From an uncultured delta proteobacterium (GTDB lineage: Bacteria > Myxococcota_A > Polyangia > Polyangiales > B10-G4): a DNA stretch of 64,000 nt. The DNA is taken from positions 64,001 to 128,000 of the forward strand of contig CAVSGI010000021.1 of assembly GCA_963727445.1 (NCBI GenBank), written 5' to 3'. Position numbers and translations under genes: made by a program. Shown here one piece after another: positions 42,340 to 55,273 of this stretch (its first letter is position 1; every line of letters starts with the position of its first letter). A model generated the notes under the pieces. It was given only the letters and a program-made list of their open reading frames with translations, was not told the DNA's origin and did no database searches.

Positions 42340-42636
42340 TCACCCTCCGTCGCCGCCGGCGGCATCCGCTCCCGCGTCGCCGCGGGGAGCGCCGCACATG
42401 CCACCGGCACATCCATTCGGCGGGCAGCAGGGGACGGTGCCGTCGCAGGTTTCACCGAGGGCGATGCACATCACGGCGCCGTCGCCCGCGCTGGCGTCGG
42501 CCGGGGCGCTGTCCCCGCTGGCGCTGTCCGCCGCCGCGCTGTCGGCGGATGCGTCGCTGGCGGTGGAGTCGTCGCCGCACGCGAAGAGAAGGGAGCTCGC
42601 AATGAGGATGGTGGCGAAAAAGCGATGGGTCGTCAT
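42340..42636 (-). CDS. Small Cys-rich lipoprotein
   Basis: LFAC lipobox; CIALGETC...CC..NGC.GGMC. Confidence 0.7.
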   Translation of the reverse strand: MTTHRFFATILIASSLLFACGDDSTASDASADSAAADSASGDSAPADASAGDGAVMCIALGETCDGTVPCCPPNGCAGGMCGAPRGDAGADAAGGDGG

Positions 42637-42780
42637 GGCGCGAGGGTATGCGTCTGAAGCCCGAGCGACGAAAAACTTCGCGGCGGACGGCTCGGGAGCG
42701 ATGGTCAGCTCGCGCCCACCGTGCGTCCCGCGGCGCCTTGCGGTTTGAATACGGGGCCCGGGTTGCGACGTCGATGCGTG

Positions 42781-43554
42781 ATGCGCTCGAAATCCATGGC
42801 TTCGTTCTCGATGGTGCTCGCGCTCCTCTGGGGGTGCTCCGACGCCGAAGGGCCGCCGGATGTGGCGGCCGATGCGGCCGCGGACTCGGCGGCGGACTCG
42901 ATGCCGCCCGTCGATTCCGCGACGCCCGACGGGGCCGCAGACTCGGCGGTGGCCGACGCCGCCGCCGACGGTGGCGGTGCGGATGCCGACGCATCGGCGA
43001 TGGACTCATCGGCGTTGGACTCGGCGGCGGTGGACTCGTCCGCCGCGGACACCAGCACCTGCGTTCCGCAATCCGCAGCGGCATTCTGCACGGCGGGCTC
43101 GGCCGAGTGCGGGAGCTACACGGGAACCGACAACTGCGGTCTGGCGCGAAGCGAGGACTGTGGGAGCTGCACCGGGCCCTTCACCTGCGGCGAGGGCGGC
43201 TCGACCGGGGCGAACGAGTGTGGATGCGCCGCGCCGCCGGCGATCACCGGCCTGACGGTCAACTGCGCGAGTGGCTCGGCGCGCATCTCCTTCACCGGCA
43301 CGACGACCATCTACAACTACGGCTTCTACGCCAGCTCGGCCGGCACGCCGCCGCCGTGCGCCGTCGGTTGGTCTTCGTACGTCGGCACCGCTGGCTTCAA
43401 CACGACGACGCTTCCTGGCGGACCGGGCCTGGGCGAGTGCGGGATGTACCGCATTTGCGCCTACGAGATGATGTGTGACACGGACTTCTCACCCGGGCGC
43501 TTGATCAACATGTGCGTATCGGCCGGCGGCACCGCCACCTGCTCGGTCATGTAG
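42781..43554 (+). CDS. Cys-rich lipoprotein
   Basis: LWGC lipobox; DAAAD/DS linker; ECG...DNCG....CGSC..P.TCG. Confidence 0.75.
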   Translation: MRSKSMASFSMVLALLWGCSDAEGPPDVAADAAADSAADSMPPVDSATPDGAADSAVADAAADGGGADADASAMDSSALDSAAVDSSAADTSTCVPQSAAAFCTAGSAECGSYTGTDNCGLARSEDCGSCTGPFTCGEGGSTGANECGCAAPPAITGLTVNCASGSARISFTGTTTIYNYGFYASSAGTPPPCAVGWSSYVGTAGFNTTTLPGGPGLGECGMYRICAYEMMCDTDFSPGRLINMCVSAGGTATCSVM

Positions 43555-43591
43555 GGAGACGAAGTCCGATTCGCTGGCCGAGTGCCCGCCG

Positions 43592-44617
43592 TCAGAGGCA
43601 GGGTGGCGTGAGCGCGATCGCGCAGCCGCGGGCGTCGCCGGTGTTGCCGCTCGAACAGCCGCGAACACCCTGGCAGGCGATGCCGTCGACTTCGCTGTCT
43701 CGCAAGGCCACGTGCCAGTTGCTGCCGCCACAGATCTGGAGATTGGTCAGCGTCGAGTCGCGGATGTCCTGGGCGGTCACGTTGCCCCAGTTGCTGCCGC
43801 TGACCTTCGCGTCCGTCAGATCGACCATGTCGTAGGTGCCCATGCCGACGACGTTGCTGAACGCGACGAAGGACTCACGCATGTTGGTGCGGCGAAACAC
43901 GTAAGTACCCGTGACGTTGCTGCCGCTCAGGAAGAAGCGCGTCATGTTCGCGTCGGTGAAGTCGAGGGTGCCGGTCCAGCTGGTCCCCACGACCTGCGCG
44001 CAGGTGAGGTCGGCACCGACGAAGCTGAAGGTCGTGACGAGAGCTCGCGACGTCACGCAGCCGCGCAGGTCGGCGCCGTCGAAATTCGTCCGCGAGCTCG
44101 AAGCATCGTTGAGCGCGGCGCAGTCGGCGGCCGCCGCCTCACAAGCGTCGCCAATCATGTCGCCGTCGGTGTCTTCCTGGCCGAGGTTCGGAACGCCGAC
44201 ACAGTTGTCGTCGACGTCGAGGACGGTGTCGCCGTCGCAGTCCGTCCACTCGGGCATGGTCGGGAAGGTCAGCGGGCAGTACATCGCCGGGCCGATGTCG
44301 ATGAGAAGGCTCGTGTCGACGGACGAATCGACGGACATCATCGTGTCCGCGCCGACTTCCACCGTCGCGTCGCCAGCATCGGGCCGGCCGCTGTCCATCG
44401 CCACCGACGTGTCCGCGGCGCCGTCCATCGAGGTGGAGGTATCGGATGCGCCGTCCGGTGAGACGGATGTGTCGCTGGCGCCGTCGATCGCGGCATCCAT
44501 GGCGCCGTCGACCGCGGCGTCCATGGCGCCATCGCCAGCCACGCCGGAGTCTGCCGGCTCATCACCGCCGCCGCACGCGATGAGGACCGAGAGCAGAGCC
44601 GAACATACCCGCCGCAT
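43592..44617 (-). CDS. Lipoprotein with thrombospondin type-3 (Ca-binding) repeat and pentapeptide repeats
   Basis: IAC lipobox; DCDGDTVLDVDDNC..VPN..QEDTDGDMIGDAC; FDGADL, FVGADL, FTDANM. Confidence 0.8.
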   Translation of the reverse strand: MRRVCSALLSVLIACGGGDEPADSGVAGDGAMDAAVDGAMDAAIDGASDTSVSPDGASDTSTSMDGAADTSVAMDSGRPDAGDATVEVGADTMMSVDSSVDTSLLIDIGPAMYCPLTFPTMPEWTDCDGDTVLDVDDNCVGVPNLGQEDTDGDMIGDACEAAAADCAALNDASSSRTNFDGADLRGCVTSRALVTTFSFVGADLTCAQVVGTSWTGTLDFTDANMTRFFLSGSNVTGTYVFRRTNMRESFVAFSNVVGMGTYDMVDLTDAKVSGSNWGNVTAQDIRDSTLTNLQICGGSNWHVALRDSEVDGIACQGVRGCSSGNTGDARGCAIALTPPCL

Positions 44618-44684
44618 GAAGGAAGAATAGCAGACGTCTCGGCGCGAACACTTTCGCCGGGGGACGTACAATCGGAGGGCGCCC

Positions 44685-45167
44685 ATGTCCGAGACGCTTC
44701 GACAGGCCCTCGACCGCTACAACGAGGACAACGGCTTTCGCGAAGACTCGATGACCGCCGAGAGCATTCAGATACGCGTCCTGGGTGTCGTGGTCGACGC
44801 GCCGAATCCCGCGTTTCAACGTCCACTCCTCGCGCGCCACGACCTTCATCACGTGCTCACCGGCTACGGGACGGACCTGCGGGGCGAGGCCGAGATGGGC
44901 GCGTGGGAGCTGGGCGCAGGGCCGGGGCATTGGTTCGTGTGGCTGAACGATATCGGCGCGATCGGGCTCGGCGTCCTCGCCCCGATCCGCACGGCGCGCG
45001 CCTTCGCGCGCGGGCTCGCGTGTCGCTCGCTGTATCGCTCGGAGCGCGCGTGGGAAGAGCTCTTGGAGATGGACGTCGGCGCGCTGCGTGAGGAGTTGGG
45101 GATCCGCGCTACTCCGGCGGAATCGACCGCGCCGGTGCGCGCGCGCTCCGCCCGAAAGCGATCCTGA
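44685..45167 (+). CDS. Coq4-like HDxxH protein
   Basis: HDLHHVLTGYGTDLRGEAE..AWE; GGAGG RBS. Confidence 0.7.
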   Translation: MSETLRQALDRYNEDNGFREDSMTAESIQIRVLGVVVDAPNPAFQRPLLARHDLHHVLTGYGTDLRGEAEMGAWELGAGPGHWFVWLNDIGAIGLGVLAPIRTARAFARGLACRSLYRSERAWEELLEMDVGALREELGIRATPAESTAPVRARSARKRS

Positions 45168-46149
45168 ACGCCTTCCTCAAAGGCAGGAAGTACAGGCCGA
45201 GGCACGTGCGGTAGTCGGCTTCTTCTGCATTCCCCAGACCGATCATGAGGCCCTCGCCGCGCTCGGGTAGATGGAAGGTGCCGAAGAGGACATCCCAGAC
45301 GGGGAACATGAAGGCGAAGTTCTTCTGAAGGTGATCGGGCGAGGCGCTGTGGTGGATCTGGTGGTGAGCCGGGGAGCCGAAGAGCATGGAGAGGCGGCCG
45401 GGCCAGCGGAGCCAGACGTGGGAGTGTCGCAGGTTGTAGCCGAGGGCGTTGAAGGCGAACATCGCGGCGCCGACGCCGAGCAGGCGCGGCCCGCTCGGGA
45501 CGTAGCCCAGGGTCCGGTGGGCGAGAGCGCCGAGAGCGCCGACGACGAAACCGGTGCCGATGGCGTACTGGAGGTTGTCGAAGGGGTGCTCGCGGTAGTT
45601 GGTGAGGGGATGCATCACCGTCGCCGAGTGATGGACCTTGTGGAACTCCCAGAGGATCGGGATGCGGTGTTGGAGCCGATGGATGCCGTAGGAGATGAAG
45701 TCCGTGGCGAGGACGCCGCCGACGACGAAGAGCGCGTCGAAGAGCCACGTCGCGGCGGGTGGGGCGAGGGCGCCCGCCTCGGACGAGCCGGCGAAGAGAG
45801 CCACGCCAAAGGCGTAGGTGGTGGCGCTCACCCAGGGCATCAAGCCGCCATAGATCGAGAGACGGACGATCTGATGAAAGAAGAAATAGCGGACGTCGAG
45901 CCACGCCGAGGGCTGGCTCCAGACCTCCTTCGGAAACAGGAAGCGGAAGAGGCGAGGGCGACCTTCTGCCTCGCGCCTCGGGCCGGTGCGGGCGCCGACG
46001 ACGTAGACGCCGACGGCGAAGAGGAGTGAGCTGAGGAGATACGGGAGGAAGACGCGCTGGTTCGGGTCGAGAGGTATCGAGGCGAAGGCGCGGAGCTGGG
46101 CAGCGAGGAACGCCAGGGTGGCGTCGAGCTTGGCCGCGAGGTTGCCCAT
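45109..46149 (-). CDS. Sterol desaturase / fatty-acid hydroxylase family protein
   Basis: His boxes HRLQH, HKVHHS, HHQIHHS; KNFA...WDVLFGTF. Confidence 0.9.
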   Translation of the reverse strand: MGNLAAKLDATLAFLAAQLRAFASIPLDPNQRVFLPYLLSSLLFAVGVYVVGARTGPRREAEGRPRLFRFLFPKEVWSQPSAWLDVRYFFFHQIVRLSIYGGLMPWVSATTYAFGVALFAGSSEAGALAPPAATWLFDALFVVGGVLATDFISYGIHRLQHRIPILWEFHKVHHSATVMHPLTNYREHPFDNLQYAIGTGFVVGALGALAHRTLGYVPSGPRLLGVGAAMFAFNALGYNLRHSHVWLRWPGRLSMLFGSPAHHQIHHSASPDHLQKNFAFMFPVWDVLFGTFHLPERGEGLMIGLGNAEEADYRTCLGLYFLPLRKAFRIAFGRSARAPARSIPPE

Positions 46150-46195
46150 TCGAAGACAAGCATAGCAACGAAAGCCGACTATGCTTGGCGGCCCG

Positions 46196-48740
46196 ATGCT
46201 GGAGCTCCCCATCGATGCCCATCTGCCCGAGGCCGTGCGACACGTGACGGCGTCGGGCGCGCTCGTGCTGGCGGCCGAGCCGGGGGCGGGCAAGACGACG
46301 CGGATGCCCGCGGCGATGCTCGACGCAGGTATCGCGGATGGCGAGATCCTGGTGCTCGAGCCGCGGCGCCTGGCCGCACGCCTCGCCGCGCGGCGCGTGG
46401 CCTCGGAGCGCGGCGGGCGGGTCGGCGACGAGGTGGGCTACACCGTGCGCTTCGAAGATCGGAGCGGGCCGAAGACGCGCCTGCGCTTCGTGACCGAGGG
46501 GATCTTCACACGCCGCCTGGCGGCGGATCCGAGCCTCGAAGGCGTGGGCGCGGTGGTGCTCGACGAGTTCCACGAGCGTCATCTGCACGGCGACCTCGCG
46601 CTCGCTTTCTCGGAGCGCCTGCGCCGCGGCGCGCGGAGCGGCCTGCGGATCGTGGTGATGAGCGCGACCCTCGACGTGCAGAAGGTGCGCGCGTTTCTCG
46701 ACGCCCCCGCCATGGAAGTCGAGGGGCGGGCCCATCCGGTCGAGATCACGCATCTCGACGCGCCCGACGACCGTCGTCTCGAGCAGCAAGTGGCGTCGGC
46801 GCTGAAGCGCCTCGTCAAGGGCGGGCTCGACGGGGACGTGCTCGTCTTTCTTCCGGGCGCCGGCGAGATCCGCCGCGCGCGTGAGGCGTGCGCGCCGGTG
46901 GCCGAGCGCGCCGGCCTCGCGCTGGTCACGCTCCACGGCGACCTTCCGCCGCGGGAGCAGGATCGCGCCATCCGGCGTGGCGATCGCCCCAAGGTGATCC
47001 TCTCCACCAACGTCGCCGAGACCTCGGTCACCATCGAAGGCGTCGTCGCCGTGATCGACTCCGGCCTCGCGCGCGTCGCACGCCACTCGCCCTGGACGGG
47101 GCTGCCCACCCTCGAGACCCGTCCCATCAGCCAGGCCTCCGCGATTCAGCGCGCGGGTCGCGCTGGCCGCATGCGCGCTGGTCTTTGCGTCCGCCTCTTC
47201 ACCCAGCACGACTTCGACACGCGCCCCGCTCACGACGCGCCCGAGATCGCGCGCGCCGATCTGGCCGAGACCTGGCTCCTCTTGCGCGCCCTCGGCGAGG
47301 ATCCGTCGCGCTTCCCCTTCTTCGAAGCGCCGCCGGCCGCCGCTGCCGAGGCCGCGGCCGCCCTCCTCACGCGGCTCGGCGCGATCAGCGACGCGGGTGA
47401 GATCCAAGACATCGGCCGGCGCATGAACCGGCTCCCGCTCCACCCGCGCCTCGCGCGCCTCGTCCTCTCCGCCGAGGAGCGCGGCGTCGCCAGCCAGGGT
47501 GCGCTCCTCGCAGCGCTCTTGTCGGAGCGCGAGATCCGCCGCTCGGTGCGCACGCGCTTCGACGACTCCGAAGCCCGCACCGACGAGGTGGGCAGCTCCA
47601 ATCTCCTCGCCCGGCGTGACGCCTTCGAAGGCGCCGAGCAGGAGGGGCTCTCGGACGGCGCGATGCGACGCTGGGACCTCGACCGCTCGGCCACCACATC
47701 GGTCGCGCGCGCGCGCGACCAGAATCCTCCGCGCGCTCTCGCCCTCGCGCGCCGCCGATCGCGTCGGCGATCCCGCCGAAGAAGAAGAGGCGCTCCTCCT
47801 CGCGACCCTCTCCGCCTACCCCGATCGCGTCGGCAAGCGTCGGCGCGCGCACGGCGACACCATCGTCTTCGCGGGCGGCGGCTCCGGACAGCTCGCGCCC
47901 ACCAGCGTCGTCAAAGAAGCCGAGCTCCTCGCCGCGCTCGAGGTCGCCGACAATCGCCGCGGGCTGCCGCTCATCCGGGCGGCGAGCGCTGTCACCGCCG
48001 AGCAGCTCCTCGAGCTCTTCCCCGAGCGCATCGAGGATCACGAAGACGTCGTCTTCGAGCGCGAAGGCGAGCGCGCCATGCGCGTTCGCTCCCTCACCTA
48101 CGACGGGCTCGTCCTCGACGAGAGCCGCTCCCTCGCCGACGGCCCCGAGGCAGCGCGCGTGCTCGCCGCGGCCGCCCTCGAGATCGGTCTCGCAAAGGTC
48201 TGCGACATCGACGCCCTCGATCGCCTCCGCCGGCGCGCGGCCTTCGCCGCCGCCCACGACGAGAGCGTTCCCGCCCTCGACGACGCGTCTCTCGAGCGGG
48301 CCCTCGCCGAGCTCTGCGAAGGCGCGGCCACCTTTCAGGACCTGCGCGCCGCGCGTCTGCCCGAGCTGCTCCTCTCCAGCATGTCCTCGGATGCGCGCCG
48401 CGCCCTCAATCGCCTCGCCCCCGACCGGGTCACCATCCCCGGCCGACCCAAAGGAGTGGAGGTGCACTACGAGCTCGACCAGCCGCCCTGGATCGCGTCG
48501 CGGCTGCAGGACTTCTTCGGCATGAGCGCGGGCCCGACCGTCGCCGGCGGCGCCGTCCCCCTGGTGCTGCACCTCGACGCTCCCAACGGCCGCGCGGTTC
48601 AGGTCACCACGGACCTCGACGGCTTCTGGGACAAGCACTACCCGACGATCGCCAAGGAGCTCCGCCGGCGCTATTCGCGGCACTACTGGCCCGACGACCC
48701 CCGCGCCGCGTCGCCGCGTCCGCCGGGTCGGCGCCGCTGA
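46196..48740 (+). CDS. hrpB: ATP-dependent RNA helicase HrpB, apparent frameshift near 47723
   Basis: GAGKTT, DEFHER, MSAT, TNVAETSVTIEGV, QRAGRAGR; C-terminal RLQDFFG..APNGRAVQVT.DL..FW..RRYSRHYWPDDP in the next frame. Confidence 0.9.
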
Positions 48741-48747
48741 CGAGCGC

Positions 48748-51307
<2,560 letters not shown>

Positions 51308-51311
<4 letters not shown>

Positions 51312-51472
51312 TGCCTGGTCCAATGAGGTGGAAGGGGAGATCGCGACGGGCGTCGGTCGCGTCGCAAGGAGGGAAACCGAAGGACGTGCAGCGCACATTC
51401 GAGGTTTCCCGACGCCGCGAGGCGGCCGACGAACGAGCGAGAACCCTTCTACGTCATTGGACCAGGCACTAG
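51308..51472. mobile_element. 165-bp MITE/REP-like element with 29-bp terminal inverted repeats bounded by CTAG
   Basis: ctagtgcctggtccaatgaggtggaaggg vs cccttctacgtcattggaccaggcactag (27/29 match); nested internal stems. Confidence 0.75.
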
Positions 51473-51483
51473 GGCGACGGCGG

Positions 51484-52650
51484 GTGGGCGAGACCGACGA
51501 AGTCGACCGGCTCCTCGCAGAAAACGCCGCGCTCCGCCGCGCGATCGGCGTCTTGCACCGCGTAGCGACCCTGGTGCGGGACTCCCTCGAGCTCGAGGCG
51601 ACCTGCTATGCGGTCCTCACCGGCGTGACCGCGGGGGTCGGGCTCGGCATGAACCGCGCGATGCTCTTTCTTTCGCGTCCGGACGGATCCGAGCCGGGCA
51701 CGCTCTTCGGGCGCATGGCCGTCGGGCCGGCGACGGAGGACGAGGCGGATCGGGTCTGGCGCTCGATCGAGGCGGAGGCCCCGGATCTCGAGACGCTCTA
51801 TCAGGCCGGCCGCGAGCTTCGCGACGCGCGGCTCGCGGGGGAGACAGAGGGCTCCCTCGACGCGATCGTGCGAAGCCTGCTGGTGAACCTCGACGGCGAG
51901 ACGCCGATCGCGCGCGCGGTGCAGAGCGAGGTGGCGCTGCTCGGCGGCGGCGCGGACGACCTCGACGGGCTGCTGCACGTACCGACGAGCCTGGCGTCGC
52001 CGCTCATGGGTCGCGACGGGCTGCTCGGCGTGCTCTACGCGGACAACCGCTTCACGAGGACCGCGCCCGATCCCGTGGTACAGCTCATCTTCGGTCTCGT
52101 CGCCGACCACGCGGGCCGCGCCATCGACAACGCGCGGCGCTACGAGCGCGCAGCGCGCCGTGCGCGGACCGATGCGCTCACCGGACTCGGTCACCACGGC
52201 GCGCTCATGGAGGCGCTCGACGACGCCGTGCGTGACGCCAGGAGCGAGGAAGCTGCGCTCTCCCTGGCGATGATCGACCTGGACGACTTCAAGAAGGTCA
52301 ACGACACCCATGGACACCTCGCGGGTGATGCGCTTCTGATCGCGCTCGCCGAGCGGCTTCGCGCATCCGTCCGCGCCAGGAACACGGTCTTTCGCTACGG
52401 AGGTGAGGAGTTCGCCGTCATCCTCGACAGCGCCGACGAGGAGACCGCGGATCAGATCGCCGACCGCGTCCGAAACGTCGTCGCCTCCGAGCCCTTCGTC
52501 ATCGACGGGACGCTGGCGCTCGAGGTCACTTGCTCGCTGGGTGTCGCCACGCTCCGCGCCGGCGAGCACGGCCGGGACTTGTTGTCGCGCGCCGACAGCG
52601 CCCTGCTCTCGGCGAAGAGAGCGGGGAAGAATCGGGTGATGAAGGGCTGA
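51484..52650 (+). CDS. Diguanylate cyclase (GAF + GGDEF)
   Basis: GVLYADN GAF; TDALTGL, DLDDFKKVNDTHGH.AGD, FRYGGEEF, AKRAGKNRV. Confidence 0.92.
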   Translation: MGETDEVDRLLAENAALRRAIGVLHRVATLVRDSLELEATCYAVLTGVTAGVGLGMNRAMLFLSRPDGSEPGTLFGRMAVGPATEDEADRVWRSIEAEAPDLETLYQAGRELRDARLAGETEGSLDAIVRSLLVNLDGETPIARAVQSEVALLGGGADDLDGLLHVPTSLASPLMGRDGLLGVLYADNRFTRTAPDPVVQLIFGLVADHAGRAIDNARRYERAARRARTDALTGLGHHGALMEALDDAVRDARSEEAALSLAMIDLDDFKKVNDTHGHLAGDALLIALAERLRASVRARNTVFRYGGEEFAVILDSADEETADQIADRVRNVVASEPFVIDGTLALEVTCSLGVATLRAGEHGRDLLSRADSALLSAKRAGKNRVMKG

Positions 52651-52663
52651 GCTGCGGACCGCC

Positions 52664-53293
52664 TCAGCAGACCACGTCGGGTGACAGACACACCCACGAG
52701 GTCCAGCAGAGCTGGCACGTCGTGTCGCCGTCGCAACCGGTGCTGCGGCAGTCCATCACCGGTCCCTCACACTCGCCGGTGCGCAGGATCGAGGCGCCGG
52801 CGAGGGCGGCTTCGCACGCGTTTCCGTAGGTGACCCCATCGCAGCCGCAGACCGGCGCGTACACGTCGTCGCAGGCGTCTGGCGGGATACGGCACACGCC
52901 GCCGGCGTCGGTTGCGCCGCAGGCGTCGGGCGTATCTGCGCCGTCGTAGTCGCAGTACTCACCGGGATCGCAGGGCGGCAGGCCGCGTGAGCCACACGCG
53001 CGCACCATCGGCGGCGGATCGGGAGGCGGCGGCGGCGGGTCGGGAGGCGGCGGGGGACAGGCGAGGTCGGGACAAGGCAGGTCTGGCGACTGACAGAAGC
53101 TGTCGCTCGCCGTGCATCCGGCGCAGCAGAGCTCGGCCGGTGCGCACTCCACGCTGCCGCACATCACCCCGCGGGCATCCGGGCTCCCGCCGTCGGGATC
53201 ACCGCCTCCTGCAGGAACGTGACTGGCGCTGCACGCCGTCGCGAAGAGGATCATCACCCACCACGAGAGAGTGAGTGCGTCGCGCGTCCTCAC
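52664..53293 (-). CDS. Cys-rich lipoprotein with Kazal-type domain
   Basis: TAC lipobox; C.DVYAPVCGCDGVTYGNACEA...G......GEC. Confidence 0.8.
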   Translation of the reverse strand: MRTRDALTLSWWVMILFATACSASHVPAGGGDPDGGSPDARGVMCGSVECAPAELCCAGCTASDSFCQSPDLPCPDLACPPPPPDPPPPPPDPPPMVRACGSRGLPPCDPGEYCDYDGADTPDACGATDAGGVCRIPPDACDDVYAPVCGCDGVTYGNACEAALAGASILRTGECEGPVMDCRSTGCDGDTTCQLCWTSWVCLSPDVVC

Positions 53294-53421
53294 TTGCGGG
53301 GTGAGGCATGTGCCACGTCGTGCCGGAATTCGCATGCCCGCGGCCCAACGCACGATCGGTGCCAACGTTCGCGTTTGGGCACGAGTTGCGCAGAGGGAGC
53401 ACTCCCGTGACAATTCGCAAG

Positions 53422-54288
53422 ATGCGCGCGGTCGCCATCGTCGCCGTCACCCTCGCCCTCAACGGCTGCTACCTGAGCCACGAGCCCGGGGGAACGCCGG
53501 GCGGGCCCACCACGGACGCACCCGACCACCTTTACGTCATGAGCCTCATCGAGGGCGCCGAGGAGGATTCGGCGGGGGTCGCACCCGGCTTCGACCTCGA
53601 CGGACGCGTGAGCGATGGGTCGGATCCCGAAGGTTGCATGCAGATGGACTACGTCGGGCCGCCGCCCGAGCGCACCCGGGGGATCGACAATCAGGTCGTC
53701 GTCCTGCAGCCCGTGGTCGCGGCGGCGGCGGGCGTCGACTTCGACCTTCTCTCGAAGCAGGCCATCGCCTCGGGGTTCTTGACCATCCTCGTCCAGCTTC
53801 GCGGCGTGGACGACTTCTCCGATGACGACAGCGTCGAGGTCGTGCTCCGTCATGGGGAGCCGTCAGGTGGCACGCTCGAGCTCGACGCGGAGGGGCGCCT
53901 GCTGCCCGGCCAAGCGTTCCGATTCGATCGGGGATCGACACAGACCCTCACCGGCTCCATCGTCTCCGGCCGATTGCATGCGCAGGCCGATCTCCTCCGG
54001 GTCGAGCTTCCAGTGGGCGTCGAGCGCACGCTCGCCCTGCCGATGGATCGCGGCAATCTCCGATTCACCGTGAGCCCGAGCCGCCTCTCCATGGGCGTGG
54101 GCGGTGGTTCCATGCACATCGAGCCCCTGCTCGATGCGCTGGTCTCGTCGATCGATGGCTTCCCGCCGGATCTCGTACGCTCCGTCCTTCAGAGCGTTGC
54201 CGATCTCGATCCGGACCGCGCGGGGCGGTGCGACTCGGTGTCGATGGCCTTTCGCCTCGAGGCTGTCACCGCGACGCGCGTCGAGTAG
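53422..54288 (+). CDS. Hypothetical lipoprotein
   Basis: LNGC lipobox; GFDLDG..S......C...GIDNQ; ADLDPD..G.CDSVS. Confidence 0.75.
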   Translation: MRAVAIVAVTLALNGCYLSHEPGGTPGGPTTDAPDHLYVMSLIEGAEEDSAGVAPGFDLDGRVSDGSDPEGCMQMDYVGPPPERTRGIDNQVVVLQPVVAAAAGVDFDLLSKQAIASGFLTILVQLRGVDDFSDDDSVEVVLRHGEPSGGTLELDAEGRLLPGQAFRFDRGSTQTLTGSIVSGRLHAQADLLRVELPVGVERTLALPMDRGNLRFTVSPSRLSMGVGGGSMHIEPLLDALVSSIDGFPPDLVRSVLQSVADLDPDRAGRCDSVSMAFRLEAVTATRVE

Positions 54289-54396
54289 GCCGGCCGTCGG
54301 TGACCATGGAGCTCACCCCGAGCCGCGCGCAGCGCTTCGCCAAGCTCGAGCACCGAGCCGCCGCCCACGCGTTGGGTCTTCGCCGAAGAGGGCTGA

Positions 54397-55194
54397 TCAG
54401 CGGACGCCGACGGCGTCCACGCCCGTGTTGTAGGTGCTCACGCTGACGCGGACCGCGCCGACCATCGTGGGGGACGCGAGGTCGAAGGTCATGGTGTGGT
54501 CGTCTCCCATCCGCGGCGTTCCACACGTCGTGACGTTCATCGCACCGGTGAGCGGAGTGAACGTCCCGCTGGCGCTCGGCGCGATGGCCACCTCGGTGAT
54601 GTCCCCGGGAGGCGCGCTGTAGGTCACCCAGACGCGAACCTGGCGGGCCATCACCGGTGCGGCGAGCTCCCCGGTGAGAGTTCCCGGCGTGGCGGTGCCG
54701 GTGAACCAGCTGCAGGGGGTCAGGCCGGTGGTGCCGCCCGCGGTGGGGCAGTAATCGCGGCAGTCCGTGCAGTCCGGCGCGCCGAGGGTGCGGCTCTCGT
54801 CGTAGTCGCCGGCCTCCCCACAGTCGCCGGCTGCGTAGGAGGAGCCGGCGGTGGCGGTGTCGAAATAGTTCCAAGGGCCCAGCGCCGCGTCGGCCGCGTC
54901 GGCGGTGGCGTCCGACGACGCGTCGCCGCCGTCCGCGGTTGCGTCGCCGGCATCAGCCGAGCCGTCCATCGCATCGGCCGTCGCGTCCGCGGCATCCGGC
55001 GCCGCGTCCATCGCATCCGGCGTCGCGTCCATCGCGTCGGGGGTGGCGTCCGGGACGCCGTCGTCAGCCGTGGCGTCGGGAATGGACCCGTCCATGGTGC
55101 CGGTGTCGAAGCTCGCGTCGCTCGTCGGCCGTGAATCGTCGCCGCAGGCGAGGAGGGAAGAGAGAAGGATGAAGAAAAAGGTCATTCGCACCAT
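54397..55194 (-). CDS. Lipoprotein with long DA-rich linker and small beta-sandwich domain
   Basis: LLAC lipobox; DATPDAM repeats; C-terminal GVDAVGVR. Confidence 0.75.
   Translation of the reverse strand: MVRMTFFFILLSSLLACGDDSRPTSDASFDTGTMDGSIPDATADDGVPDATPDAMDATPDAMDAAPDAADATADAMDGSADAGDATADGGDASSDATADAADAALGPWNYFDTATAGSSYAAGDCGEAGDYDESRTLGAPDCTDCRDYCPTAGGTTGLTPCSWFTGTATPGTLTGELAAPVMARQVRVWVTYSAPPGDITEVAIAPSASGTFTPLTGAMNVTTCGTPRMGDDHTMTFDLASPTMVGAVRVSVSTYNTGVDAVGVR
54890..55095. repeat. Degenerate tandem repeats encoding (DAxxDAM)n linker
   Basis: cgcgtccatcgc(a/g)tc units about 21 bp apart. Confidence 0.6.
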
Positions 55195-55273
55195 GGGCCG
55201 AATGTAGCCCACGAGGGGCGTCTCGTCAGGTCGGCGGCCAACACGACGCCGACCGTTCTCGCGAACGGAACCC

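Noticed and set aside
46196..48740. HrpB helicase as part of an anti-phage defence island
   Set aside because: It is a canonical housekeeping HrpB flanked by metabolic genes, with no nuclease or defence partners
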